From Lama guanicoe (taxonomy: Eukaryota), in the NCBI GenBank assembly GCA_013239625.1, contig MU053304.1:2356001-2420000 (forward strand): 64,000 nt of DNA. The letters are read 5' to 3'. Position numbers and translations under genes: made by a program. The notes below the pieces were generated by a model. That model ran no database searches. It was not told where the DNA came from and saw nothing but the letters and a program-made list of their open reading frames with translations. Shown piece by piece: positions 1 to 12,547 of the stretch. Within the stretch, counting starts at the first letter, position 1. Each line of letters opens with the position of its first letter.

Positions 1-789
1 ATAAAAACAACAGCAGTATCAAAACAGCAGCAACACTGGTGAGAGTTGCTACCATTGAGGACCACCCTCGTGTTAGGCTCTGAGCTGTAAGCATTACTTC
101 TTTTCATCCTGTTATGGAAACAATGAAATAAATGATCAGATAATCTGAGTGCATTGCCAATGACACAGGTTATTTAATGGCCAAACATTTCAACCACAAG
201 GATCTGGTCCGCTAGGCTGTACCTTTTTTTTTTTTTTTTGTAGTTTGTTCACGCATCAGTAGGAAAAACATTTTAACTAATGGTCAGGCTTCTCAGAAAT
301 TCTACTGACAACAAAAGCAATAGTAACAATAAGGCATGCCACAGACACACGCACACACACACACTCACAGTACCAACCTTAAGAAACTTCCTTGGATAGT
401 CAGAGCTTAGGGAAAATGGAAAGTTATTTCTCCCTCTAGGAAAACCTTGTGGACCTAACCCCTCAAAATTAATTAAAGCAAATAAAATAAAGACAAAAAT
501 AGCATACTCCATGTAAAGACAGGGCTAAGTTGTGAGAATCTGGATAAGAGAAGCAGTTAGAAAACTTAATAATAGGTTTTCAGATACTTGGGATAGACCA
601 GTTACTTCCCATTTCCACTGCAAGCAGGAAAAAAAAAAAGAAACTTGGCTTAAAATATTGCATGGATACAATTAAAAACTAATAATTAGTTGTGGAATTA
701 AGACCTAGGGTAGGATAGTGATGATGCTTACAGACTCTAAATAGAAAGAGCATTATTTCCTGGAAATCATTATTTAATACTTGAGAAAT

Positions 790-1000
790 AGTGCACCACA
801 GTGTTTAAGAGTCGGGGTTCTATAATCTGACCTCTTGGCTTTACCGTATTTATGAGCTGTGTGAGCTTGAGCAAGTTATTAAATTTCTTAAACCTCATTT
901 TCCTCATTTCTGTAGATGGAATATATTATCCATAACAAAAGTGTGCATGATGCTTTTAGCACAGTGTTTGGCACCAAGTCAGTACATCTTAGCTATTATT
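790..1000 (+). mobile_element. MIR SINE fragment
   Basis: MIR core-like text 'agctgtgtgagcttgagcaagttattaaatttcttaaacctcattttcctcatttctgtagatgga ... ttagcacagtgtttggcac'. Confidence 0.75.
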
Positions 1001-1149
1001 GGTGCTATTGTATTTAAATATGATCTGGCTTGAAAAAAGGACTGTGGATTCCATTGTGTTTCCATTCTCACTCAGGCAAAAAGGCATGTCATGAACACTT
1101 GTCTTTTTTTTTTTGGCTACCTAGAATTTAAATACCTCTTATATTTGGC

Positions 1150-2070
1150 AGAAATTGTAAGATTGGTACCAGCTATGTGGAGGCAGATGTTCCTTATCCC
1201 AACACCTTGGTGTTAGAGTAGAGACGTGTGACCTTGGCTGGCGGATGAAATGCTCCAGATTGAGTTTTGAGTATGGAAGAGTGGTGATGAGAACAGAGGT
1301 CACTGGAGATTGCTCTCTGGAGCTGTGGTGTGAATGGAGGTATAGTGGATTCCCCGTGTGTGCCTGGGAATGTGGAACAGAGTGAGGCAGTAGACAGTCT
1401 CCAGGGGTATTGGCACCTACTGTAGCATCCTAAAGAGACTATTTTTGTGGTGGAGTCATGGCCATTCCTAGCTTCCTTTGGCTCCTGTCTATATTCCCAA
1501 GCTTGGTTCTCTAATCATTTTGACTCATTTATGATATATCCATCAGCTATATCCATAATAATTCTTCATGACAATTCTGCAGCCCCAAAAGCTCAGTGGA
1601 ATTTAACATAAATATTTGTCTCAAACTCCCATGGATGGAGGTTGATAGAAGGTTGGCCCTTCTAGGCTGGACTTAATGGGGCTTGACTCCAAGCTGTGGT
1701 TAAGTGCAGGTCTGCTGGACATTTTCCTCATCTCCCCTTGACCAGCAGCTACTGGCTGTATGTCCTGCTGATTGTGAGAGGCAAGAACGCAGATGAGCAG
1801 GCCCAACTGAGCCAGCACACTGTGAGTATATCCAAAGCAAGTCACATGGTTAAGCCCCACATCTGTAGGGTGGGAGAATATACATTGCCTCATTGTGGAA
1901 GAAACTACCGAGACAGAGAGTGAATATAGCAGAAGCTAAGGCTGAGTATGTGGCGAAGGGTAAAGAATTGAGGGCATTAAAGCAATTGAGCACATAGGAG
2001 TTCCTCAATATTCTTTCAACAAGTCTTTTTTGCTGTTATTAGTGCTTTTTTCTATTTTTTGTAGCAAAGA
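1150..2070 (+). mobile_element. Ancient ERVL-class LTR (LTR16/LTR33-like), probable 5' LTR, split by an MLT1 insertion
   Basis: 'gtgaccttggctggcggatgaaatgctcc' and 'cccaagcttggttctc...' resemble the LTR at 11470-11800; an ERVL gag-like sequence follows. Confidence 0.5.
1545..1990 (-). mobile_element. MaLR LTR (MLT1H-like)
   Basis: 'ccaaagcaagtcacatggttaagccccacatc...gggtgggagaatatac' and 'ccccaaaagctcagtgg' are typical of reversed MLT1F-H LTRs. Confidence 0.6.
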
Positions 2071-2077
2071 ATATGTA

Positions 2078-2126
2078 TACACACACACACACACACACAC
2101 ACATATATGTATATATATACATATAC
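2078..2126. repeat. (CA)n/(TA)n microsatellite
   Basis: Seen directly. Confidence 0.95.
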
Positions 2127-2149
2127 AAACTTAAGCAAAGTAAAGGGAT

Positions 2150-3800
2150 TATTTATAGACTTTGGGGGAATCTCAGATTATTATCTGGCCTGCATAGAGC
2201 TGAAAGCTGTGGCAATCTATTATCTTCCAATATATTAAAGGATTAGCATCTGGCAGACTATGGTACACAGTCACAACATGATTTATTGAATTATTGCCTG
2301 TTGTGAACTGGAATTGAGTACCCATTGAAGGCGCTAAGTGACCACTGCTATGGAGTATTATAAAAGACATGCATTATCCAGAGAATGCAGGGTGGGGTGT
2401 TCACATTAACAGCACTGGATTCTGTTAAAAAGAACCATAACTCAAATGATTCTGTTCATGTCTTAGGGCACAAACTCAAAACCCAGAGCTTTCTATGACT
2501 GTTTTATATATTTCATACCTGCAGTCCTGAGGTCTTAAGCTAAAAGCAGATGCAGAGAGGATTTTGCGTTTTGTCAAATTACAACATTGGTTCAATATAC
2601 AATGTTTCTAGATCTCTTAAGGCATGGATTGAGAAAGAATGGGCTTCTGGGAATTGGAATGGTAGCATTTGGAAGAACTGGAGTTCCCCAAGCCTCACAA
2701 GGCTGCTCTGTCACCTAAAATAAAATCATTTCGTTGTCTAAAGTGACTGTTCCAGGTTGGCTTAAAGACGTCTCCCTTGCCTATTTGGTAGAGGACCTCA
2801 ATTTTCCCCATTCTCTTCCCTCTCACCTCTGGTTGTGTCCAAACCCTTAAGTAGAGTCAGACTGCAGCATGCCTGAAGGCCTGAGGAATTCTAACACACA
2901 CACAAAAATTGTACTGTTCTTTGTTAATTTGTGTCAGCAAAATAATCTGAGCAGTATGTGTGGGAATGGATTTCAGGAATACTAGAACAAATAGGGAAGA
3001 ATGTAAATGCATTTCAGACTAATTTACTTTAAAAATATGGAGAACAGAAAAGATTCTGGATTCAATATGCTAGAGCAGTGGAAGTGGTTTTAAATGTAGT
3101 TTGAGAAGTCATAAATCTTCTGTCTAACGAAGACAGTGCAATGAAGGTATGTAGAATGTGTGACACCAATAAATAGCACCGAATGACTTGAAGCACGGTG
3201 GAAAAAGCACTCATACGTTATGATCAGGGGGTGAACTAAATGTTCTGACTCAGAACGTGAACTTTGATTATGACTGTCTGGTCATGGAATCCCAGGGACT
3301 GAAATTAAAGCTTGCTCACCAAGCAGCTATTTGATTTGGATAACCTGAACTTAGTATGAAGAAAGAATTTGAAATTTCCTTCAAAATCACAACTCCTTAT
3401 CAAAGTCCTACATATGAGTCAGTTTCCAGATCCAAAGCCCTAGTAAAGTGCATGCCCAGGGACCCATAAAAAAGACCTCACAATAGTGTCACATGTGTGT
3501 AGTGTGGATCTTTACTTGGTCATCTTTAAAGGGAATTGCAGTCATTTAACCAGATTGCACTTAGCGGTTTGGAGCTCTTTACAACTGCCTCAGAGAGATC
3601 CAGAAAGAAACTTCAGTCTTATTCAGAATTTGAAGGGTCGAGTGGTAAATGGAAATCTGACCTAAGTCTGTCTCACATTAGGTCCATCTTTGAGCTCATC
3701 CTAAAGTTGTTTTTCTAATTGTTAAATATACAAATAGATAAACAAATATTCAGCAACAATGAGAATTCTCACACATTTGCCGATCCATAGAGTAAGTATT
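2150..3800 (+). mobile_element. ERVL internal relic (gag/pro region), heavily decayed
   Basis: 'gtatgtgtgggaatggatttcaggaatactagaacaa...agattctggattcaatatgcta' matches the ERVL gag block YVWEWI..RDS.FN. Confidence 0.6.
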
Positions 3801-4929
3801 ATACATTTGTAACAAAGACTCTCAGTCCTTACCAACATGGTACATATAAAATTCTGAGTAGTGAGAGCAGTGGTGGACACATAGAACCACCACTCCTAGC
3901 TTCTGAAAGAAACAAACAAACAACTGAATAAAACCCAAACCCACAACATAACTAGAAAACAGAGAACATTTAAACTTCAAATAACTTACAGTTAGAAAAA
4001 TAAACATCAAATTCTATCAAGCTGTCTCCTACTTTTCCTACCACATTGATTGTGTAACACAAAAACAGTTCTGGAAAAACTGCATTAAAGAAAGTGTAGG
4101 GGAATTTGTGAAAAGCCTGAAATTGATTGAAAAACAATACCAAAAACAAAGTTCACACAGATAGAAAAATACTGAAATAGCATGCTGTTTCAGAGCACAA
4201 TCCATAGGGAATAAGTTGAAAGTGCATTTGGATTTAGAGTCAGTCTTGGGAAAGTTATGTTTCAAGGGAAAAAGAGGTTTAGAGGGAATGGAGGGGTGCC
4301 TTTTTGAAACTGAGAAGAAAAGGGGAAAAAAGCAACATGAGAAAATTCAGTATATTTCAAGATTAAAAAATAAAATCAGAAAAATGCACAGAACTCCTCA
4401 TTACTTCACTCTCATCTATACCTTCTCCCCCATATCAGTAAAGAAACTGTTCTTTGCTACAGGGACTGAAAATATGCTTTTGAACCTGGACTCTTATAAA
4501 CCACCCAACCACCAGCCCTGTCCACAGAATACAGAAACACACAGTTTATCTGTCAGTCTACTTATCTATCAGTACTTAAAAAAAAAAAAGTCTTAGAAAG
4601 TTAAAATCCACATAATTCAGCTAATGAACAGAGTTTATTGAACTTTAAAAAGAAATTTAATAAAGACAAAATATACCTGAAATAAAGACTAAATTTCAGG
4701 TTTCCTAAGGAAGAATAAATGAAATTTAAAATGGTATAAGGGACATTTAATACAAGAAAAACAGAGAAGATAATAAAAATTAGATGAAGAAAATGGTCAA
4801 AAATGTCAGAAATAAAGTGGTTGAAATGAAAGGCAAGCAAAAAATAAGATATATATATATAAAATTGGACTTCTGAAGAAGATTTTGAAACAGCAACAAT
4901 AATGGAACAGAAGTAGCATTTAAAAGTAT

Positions 4930-7320
4930 ATACACCACATCAACAAAAGAAAGGAAAAAAATCACATGATTATCTCAATAGAAGCAGAAAAAGCATTTGA
5001 TAAAATTCAACAGCCATTTATGATAAAAACTCTCACCAAAGTGGGTATAGAGGGAACATATCTCAACATTACAAAAGCTATTTTTGGCAAACCCACAGCC
5101 AGCATAACACTGAGTGGTGAAAAGTTGAAAGGCTTCCCACTAAAATCTAGAACAAGATAATGATGCCTATTCTCACCACTTCTATTCCACATAGTATTGG
5201 ACTTCCTAGCCATAGCAATCAGACAAGAAAAAGAAATAAAAGGGATCCAAATTGGATGAGAAGAGGTAAAACTGTCACTATATGTGGATGACCCTGATAG
5301 TATATATAGAAAACCTTAATGGCTCTACACGAAAGCTACTAGAACTGATAAAAGAATTTGGAAAAGTAGCAGAATACAAGATTAACATATGGAAATCAAT
5401 TACATTTATTTACACTAACACTGAAATATCAGAAAAGGAAAGTAAAAATACAATCCTTTTTAAAATCACATCCAAAAAATAAAATACTTAAAAAGAAATC
5501 TGGACAAGGAGGTGAAAGTCTTATAGATGGAGAACTACAAAACATTGAATAAGGAAATTAAAGATGATTTAAAGAAATGGAAAGATATCCCATGCTCTTG
5601 GGTTGGAAGAATCCTATGCAAAGCAATCTACAGATTTAATGCAGTCCCTATCAAATTACCTAGGAGATTTTTCACAGAACTAGAACAAATAATCCCAAAA
5701 TTTATATGGGATCACAAAAGAACCAAAACTGCCAAAGCAATACTGAAAAAGAATGAAGCTGGAGGAATAACCTTCTCAGACTTCAGATGATACTACAGAG
5801 CTACAGTAGTCAAAACAGCATGGTATTGGCACAAAAACAGACATATGGATCAATGGAACAGAATAGAGCCCAGAAATAAACCCACAGACCTATTGTCAAT
5901 CTTTGACAAAGGAGGCAAGAATATACAATGGAGAAAAGACAGTCTCTTCGGCAAGAGATGTTAGGAAAACTATACAGCAGCACGTAAATCAGTGAAGTTA
6001 GAACACTCCCTGACACCATACACAAAAATAAACTCAAAATAGCTTAAAGACTTAAACATAAAATAAGACACCATAAAACTCCTAGAAGAAAACATAGACA
6101 AAAGATTTTTTGACATAAATCTTAGCAATGTTCTCCTAAGGTCATCTACCCAGGCAACAGAAATGAAAGCAAAAATACACAAACAGGACCTAATTAAACT
6201 TATAAGCTTTTACATAGCAAAGGAAACCATAAACAAAACAAAAAGACAGCCTACAGAATGGAAGAAAATATTTGCAAATGGTATGACTGACAAGGGCTTA
6301 ATTTTCAGAATATATAAACAGCTCATACAACTTAAAAACAAAGAACAAACAACCAAATCCAATCCAAAAATGGGCAGAAGACCTAAACAAACAATTCTTC
6401 AGTGCAGACATACAAATGGCCAATAGGCACATGAAAAAATTCTCAATATTGTTAATTATCAGAGAAATGCAAATCAAAAATACAATGAGGTATATCACCT
6501 TACACCAGTCAGAATTCCATCATTCAAAAGTCAGTGAATAATAAATGCTAGAGAGGGCGTGGAGAAAAGGAACCCTCCTATACTGTTAGTGGGAATGTAG
6601 TTTGGTGCAGCCATTATGGAAAACAGTATGGATATTCCTCAAAAAACTAAAAATAGACTTACCATATGACCCAGCAATCTCACTCCTGGGCATATATCCA
6701 GAGGGAACTCTAATTTGAAAAGATACATGAACCCCAATATTCATAGCAGCACTATTTACAATAGCCATCCTAAACGCCCTAAATGTCCATCAACAGATGA
6801 CTGCATAAAGAGTTGGTGGTATATTTATACAGTGGAATACTATTCAGCCATAAAAAATAAAATAATGTCATTTGCAGCAACATGGATAGACCTGGAGATT
6901 ATCATACTAAGTGAAGTAAGCCAGAAAGAGAAAGAAAAATACCATGTGATAAAACTCATATATAAAAAGTAAAAAAAAAAAAAGGACACAAATGAACTTA
7001 TCTACAAAACAGAAACAGACTCACAGACATAGAAAATAAGCTGTGGTTACCAGTGGGGAAAGGGGATGGGAAGGGATAAATTGGGAGTCTGAGATTTCCT
7101 GATACTAACTACTATATATAAAATAGTAAACAAGTTTCTTCTATCTAGAACAGAGACCTATATTCAATGTCTTGAAGTAGCCTATAATGAAAAAGAACAT
7201 GAAAATAAATATATGTGTGTATATATATGACTAAAACATTATGCTGTACACCAGAAATTGGCAAAACATTATAAACTGACTATACTTCAATAAAGAAAAA
7301 AATAAAAACAAAAGCAAAAG
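4930..7320 (+). mobile_element. 5'-truncated L1 (artiodactyl/camelid type): disrupted ORF2 RT-to-C-terminus, 3' UTR and A-rich tail
   Basis: ORF pieces [22 protein letters not shown] (from YADD, ~5281), [30 protein letters not shown]; 3' UTR 'acaaatgaacttatctacaaaacagaaacagactcacagac'; AATAAA at 7289; possible TSD taaaagtata (4921) / taaaatgtata (7322); multiple stops and frameshifts. Confidence 0.97.
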
Positions 7321-7904
7321 CTAAAATGTATAATTTGTTATTTTCATTTTCAGTAATGATTAAGGAAGTTCCAACCAGACAGTTTCCTCTGCAGATGATA
7401 ACTAGAAACTCTGAAGAAATACAAAAGTTAGTTACTGGAGAGGGAACAGAAGCAGACAGATTCTATGGAATCCAAGCTTGAAAGCAAGAGTTTTATGGTG
7501 TAAGCTGTCTATGTTTTCTCTTTCAGTCAAGCAGGTGCAGCTGCTGGGGGCATTGGTGGAAAAACTAATCTTTTTGGCTAGAGAATCCAGAAGATGTAGA
7601 CTGGGACAATCTGAGGGAGAGATATTTCCAAATGAGAAAGAGCCAGAGAGGAAATACTTGATTTATGTCTGTTCCTATCTCTGCATGATTTATGAACCAT
7701 GGACGGTTAGAGCAGTATATCCAGGATACAATTTATAATTACCTGACATATGAAGAACTAGGAAAATCGAATCCATTTTCAAGAGGACAAACAATCAATA
7801 GAGACCAAATGTGAGATGATCCAGATTTTAGAATTAGAAGATAAGTATTTTAAAGAAATAAATACACTTTAATACACTTGCAAGAAATTAAAGAAAAAAA
7901 CACA

Positions 7905-8946
7905 CACAGACTGAAAATGAAGGGATAGAAAAAGATATCTCATGCAAATGGAAGCCAAAAGAAAGAAGGAGTAGTTATACTTACGTTACTGCAATAAAAG
8001 ACAAAGAAGGTGATCATAAAATGTTAAAGGGGTTAATCCAGTAAGGAGATATAACATGTAAATAGTTTTGAACCAAACAAAAGAGCACCTAAATATATAA
8101 AGCAAATATTAACAGACCTGAAAGGAGAAATAGACAACGATACGTTAATAGTAGGGGACTTCAATATCTACTTTCAACAATGGATAAATAATCCAGACAG
8201 AAAATCAATAAGGAAACATTGGACTTAAACTACACATTAGATTAGGTGAATTTAACAGAAATTTACAGAACATTCTATCTAAAAGCAACAAAATATACAT
8301 TCTTTCCAAGTGCATGTGGAACATTCTCCAGGACAGATTATATGTTAGGCTACAGAACAAGTTTAAGTAAATTTAAGATAGAAATCAAATCAAGCATCTT
8401 TTTTAATCACAATGGTATGAAACTAGGTATCAATTACAAGGTTAAAACTAGAAAGCTAAGAAATATATGGACATTAAACAACAAACTACTGAATAATGAA
8501 TGGATCAAAAAAGAAATTAAAAAAAGAAATAAAAAGTAATCTTGCGCCAAATAAAATGGAGACAATATACGAAAGCTTACAGGGTGCAGCAAAAACAGTG
8601 GAGATTTCATTAGCAGTCAATGCCTACATTAAGACAAAAGAAGGAGCTCAAAAAAAAAACACCTAATTTTACACCTCAAGAAACTAGAAGAAGAACAAAT
8701 AAAGGCCAAAGTTAGTAGAGAAAAGAACATAACAAAGATTAGAGCAGAAATAAGTGAAATAGAGACTAAAAAAGCAATAGAAAAGATCAATGACACAAGA
8801 GTTATTTTGTGTGTGTGTGTGAAAAGATAAATGGAATAGAAAAACTTTTAGCTAGACTTACAAAGAAAAAAACAGGATTCAAATAAGTAAAATTAGAAAC
8901 AAAAGAAGAGACATTACAACTGATACCACACAAATTAAAAAAAAAG
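7905..8946 (+). mobile_element. Older L1 ORF2 endonuclease-region fragment
   Basis: 'atagtaggggacttcaat' (IVGDFN); ORF 8246-8539 IYRTFY..YTFFPSACGTFSRTDYMLG...FNHNGMKL corresponds to the L1 EN C-terminus (SDHN region). Confidence 0.92.
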
Positions 8947-9339
8947 AGAGCTGATTTTGAAAACTTCAGAAAAGTTGTAGACCTTGAGTAAACAATTGTT
9001 GAAATAAGACTAGAATAAGATGAAAACAAGGGGAGAATAACACTACATTATGTAATATATGCTATATGTTACAAACATGTTCTGAAATACAAAATAGAAA
9101 ACAAAATATAATTAAGCCAACTAAAATTGGGGATGACAAGGCTAAGGGAAAGAGAAAATTTGAGTGAAGTCATCAGTTGTTTTGTAAGCGATAGGTGAGA
9201 GTTTAGGATACCATTAAAATGACAAAGAAAAGAGTGAAGATTAAAAAAGGAGATACAGATAAGGGCATTAACAAGATATAAATATAAAGGTCAGTATGTG
9301 TACAAATCATGAAAAGTCTTAAATAAAAAAAAAAAAAAT

Positions 9340-10175
9340 AACCAAATAAATGATGGAGAAGAGGAGGCTCTTCTTTACAGTAGAAAGAAGTACCTTAACA
9401 AACCAGTAGATATCACTTAAACTAAATGTTTAAGGTTAAGTACCTTAACCAAACCAGTAGATATCACTTAAACTAAACGTTAGACCAGGTGAACTTAGTA
9501 GACATTTACAAAACATTCCATCCAACAGCAGCAGAATATAATTCTTTCCAAGCACACATGGGACATTCTCTAGGATGGATCACATGTTATGACCAAAGGG
9601 TCAAAATTAACATTACCGGTAATTGGATTAATCAACAACATGTGCTTCCCAATATTAGGCACTAAGAAGCCTCATTTCTACTGCATTCCTGCCGGTCAGG
9701 CATAACTTGAATTTAATCACAAAGAACTACCAAACCACCACAGACAGGGACAGTCTATGAACTAACCGATTTGTTCCACTGTTTTGTTGCTGTTGCTTTT
9801 ACTGTGAAAGACATTATAGTAGACTTGTCTGTGCAATTAGATAATTACCATCCATGTTAATTTCTTGATTTGATTTCTTTATTTTGAAAATTAAGAGAAT
9901 TCTACACTTTAAGAAAATGTATGCCATCGTATTTAGGGGTAAATGGGCATCGTGTATACAATTTGCTCTTAAATAGTGAAGAAAAAATAAGAACGAAAGA
10001 CAGTAATAAAAATAATGAGAAGAAGAAAGAGGAAGAAAGGAGGAGACAGAGGAAGAAAGGAAGGAGGAGAAAGGATCAAATGACTCTGAGTGAAGAGCAC
10101 CAGAAGATTTTTGTGCTATTCCTGCAACTTTTATGCAAGTTTAAAATTAGGTCAAAAATAGAAGAAAAATAAACA
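9340..10175 (+). mobile_element. Old L1M (L1MC/ME-like) 3' UTR fragments
   Basis: 'taccttaaccaa...tcaaaattaacattaccggtaattgg', 'atttaggggtaaatgggcatc', 'tgtgctattcctgcaacttttatgcaagtttaaaatt'. Confidence 0.7.
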
Positions 10176-10244
10176 TTTTCAGTGGGAAAAAGTCTTATGA
10201 GATAGTAACTGAGGAAGCTCCACAATGTAAGACTTGAAAGCTGC

Positions 10245-10520
10245 ATGGGTGGTAATTGCAACCATTCAACTTTCCAGCTTGACCAGAGGGGAAGATGGAT
10301 TTGTCTTGCAGAGTCTGTTAGTAACTATAAATTTAATCAGAGGATGACACCAATTAAAGCTGCTGCTCCATATGTGATCTTCTTATTAGAACAAATCAAT
10401 AGAGCCCTTGGGATCTGTCATATAGCTATTGATTTGGCTTTTTTTTTTTTTCCCTGTGCTGATAAAAGAGCAGCTTCCAGAGATAGCAGTGTGAACAGCT
10501 GCCTTTTCTTGGGGTTATAT
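10245..10520 (+). mobile_element. ERVL pol (reverse transcriptase) relic
   Basis: NYKFNQRMTPIKAAAPYVIFLLEQINRALGICHIAIDLAFFFFP aligns with the ERVL RT motif DYRKLNQVVTPIAAAVPDVVSLLEQINT..GTWYAAIDLANAFFSIP. Confidence 0.85.
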
Positions 10521-10965
10521 AAATCATTCAGCTTTGTCCCAGGTAAACATCTCAACCACCAGAAATGTGCTTCAAGGCAATGGGAATGTGGAATGTTGGA
10601 GGATGGAAATTTTGGTAACGACTGTGGCCTTATGATAATTACTGATATAAGGACTAAAACATCAACTCATAGTTCCTTCCTTAGTGAGTCAAATCTTTAT
10701 ACACTTAACTAATTTCCCTTTTATTTTGACTCCTTCTCCCTTACTGTTAATACTGGAGTTACTTTTGAATAATGCTCCTATTTTGTTCATAGTGCATGGT
10801 ATCGTCATGGAAGTGCCTTATAAACAGAACATCACCTGAGAAGTTGAAGAGGATGCTGGACTTTGAGCAGATGCAGGGGCTCATAAAGCTTTATTATCCT
10901 GTCCTTGGGAAGAAGGTATGTTTTCAGCAATATGAGTGCTGGCTAAATTTTAGTGGGAAACTCCC

Positions 10966-11116
10966 TTTTTAATTAAAAAAAATTTTTAATTTAATTTTTT
11001 GGAGGAGGGAGGTAATTAAGTTTATTTATTTATTTTTTTAATGGAAGTCCTGAGAATTGAACCCAGGACCTTGTGCATGCTAGGTACACACTCTACCACT
11101 GAGCTATACCCTCCCC
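10966..11116 (-). mobile_element. tRNA-derived camelid SINE (Vic-1 type)
   Basis: Reverse complement reads ggggagggtatagctcagtggtagagtgtgtacctagcatgcacaaggtcctgggttcaattctcag (A and B boxes), followed by an AT-rich tail. Confidence 0.9.
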
Positions 11117-11153
11117 ACGAGACTTTCTTTTTTTTAAGCATAAGAATGAGGAA

Positions 11154-11434
11154 TTTTTTCCCCTCAATCTACAAAACAGCAACAGACTCACAGACAGAGA
11201 ACAAACTTATGGTTATTAGGGGCTAAAAGGGGTGGGAAGGGATAAATTGGGAAATTTGCACCTCTTGGGGAGTGATGGAAATGTTAGCTATCTTGATTGT
11301 GGTGGTGGTTCATTGGTGCGTACATCTACCAAAATTTATCAAATTGTGCATCTGAAATAAGTGTAGTTTACTGTACAGGAATCATATCATGATAAAGGTG
11401 TTATTTTAAAAAAAATTTTAAGAGAGGGAAAAAA
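11154..11434 (+). mobile_element. Short chimeric L1 3'-end insertion with 12-bp TSD
   Basis: Perfect TSD aagaatgaggaa at 11142-11153 and 11435-11446; the first half resembles 7000-7085, the second half resembles an old L1MB/MC-type terminus. Confidence 0.8.
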
Positions 11435-11469
11435 AAGAATGAGGAAAAGGATTTGTAGGGTTATTCCAT

Positions 11470-11800
11470 GTGCAAAGGTAGATTATGGAGAACATTGTCA
11501 TTTTTCTCAGCCCAGCATCTAAACTTTGAATCACAGAAGATTTAAAAGCTCAGGATATTCAGGGAACGTTTGTGGTCAGCTGCCTCAGACAAGCACTCTG
11601 AGGAGAGGAGTGATGTCAGCAGCCTGTGGTAGGACTTTGGCTGCGTCCGGTATCTCTTGGTCACTGACTATTTTTCAAGCTTGGTTTTGAACATTTTTAA
11701 TCATTTTGTGAACTACCCAATGTAATTCCAATAAATCCAGTGTCTGTTTAAATTAAAATATTTTATGTAATGCAAACTAAGCTATTGTGGCAAAGAACCT
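11470..11800 (+). mobile_element. ERVL-class LTR (LTR16/LTR33-like), probable 3' LTR
   Basis: 'caagcttggttttg...tcattttgtgaactacccaatgtaattccaataaatcc...caaagaacc'; similar to 1495-1545 and 2000-2070. Confidence 0.55.
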
Positions 11801-11819
11801 CATAAATAGACTATTGGGC

Positions 11820-12240
11820 TGCTGTGTAAGTGTTGAGATGAATGGAGCTCAGAACGGTCAGGCAACTCGTCTCCCCAGCCTCTTGCAGGGAATTAGAGTC
11901 TATCTTGATGTTCACATCTCTAGGGTGTTGTTCTAGTCCTAGTGCTAGAAGCTGAATCATCAGCACCATATGCACATGCCGCTCTTAGGAAAGGGGAAGA
12001 GAGTAGTGGAGGGCAGGTAATTTTTTTTTTGTTTCAAGAAATGATATAGAAATTACAGAGATAATTTTTTCTTGCATTTGATCTTTGACAATTTAGTCAC
12101 ATGACTACTCTTGGCTAAAATAGAGGTTAGGGAGCAGAGTTTTTAGTGGGGATGCTCTGTGCCTTAATATAATTGGGAAGAGGGAAAGCTTCTATTGGTA
12201 AAGTAAGAAGGGAAAAATGGATCCTAGGGGACAGTCTTTA
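11820..12240 (-). mobile_element. Old MaLR LTR (MLT1J/K-like)
   Basis: 'ttagtcacatgactactcttggctaaaatagaggttagggagcagagtttttag' motif. Confidence 0.5.
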
Positions 12241-12547
12241 TGCTGGGCCACATTTGGATGGAATTAGTTGCTATTGTTTGCAACTGAAAACCCCAGTCAC
12301 GTTATGAAAGTTGTGTTAACTTTAAGTTAACTACCTATGCAAATATTTGAAACTAGGAATCTGTTTTCGAAGGGAGATATGGTCAACATTTAAATGTTCT
12401 CTAGCTTCTCCTTTAACTTTGATGAGTCTGTCCTCAGTACACTTAAAAGATCAACAAAAATTTCTGTCTACAAAAATTTAACTTTTTCACACCATGACTG
12501 TGTAAAAAAGAACTTTCAGGTCATGGAAAGTTACTAAATATTAGAAT

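Noticed and set aside
4966..6972. Series of ORFs with reverse transcriptase similarity
   Set aside because: Broken fragments of one dead L1 ORF2, not a gene.
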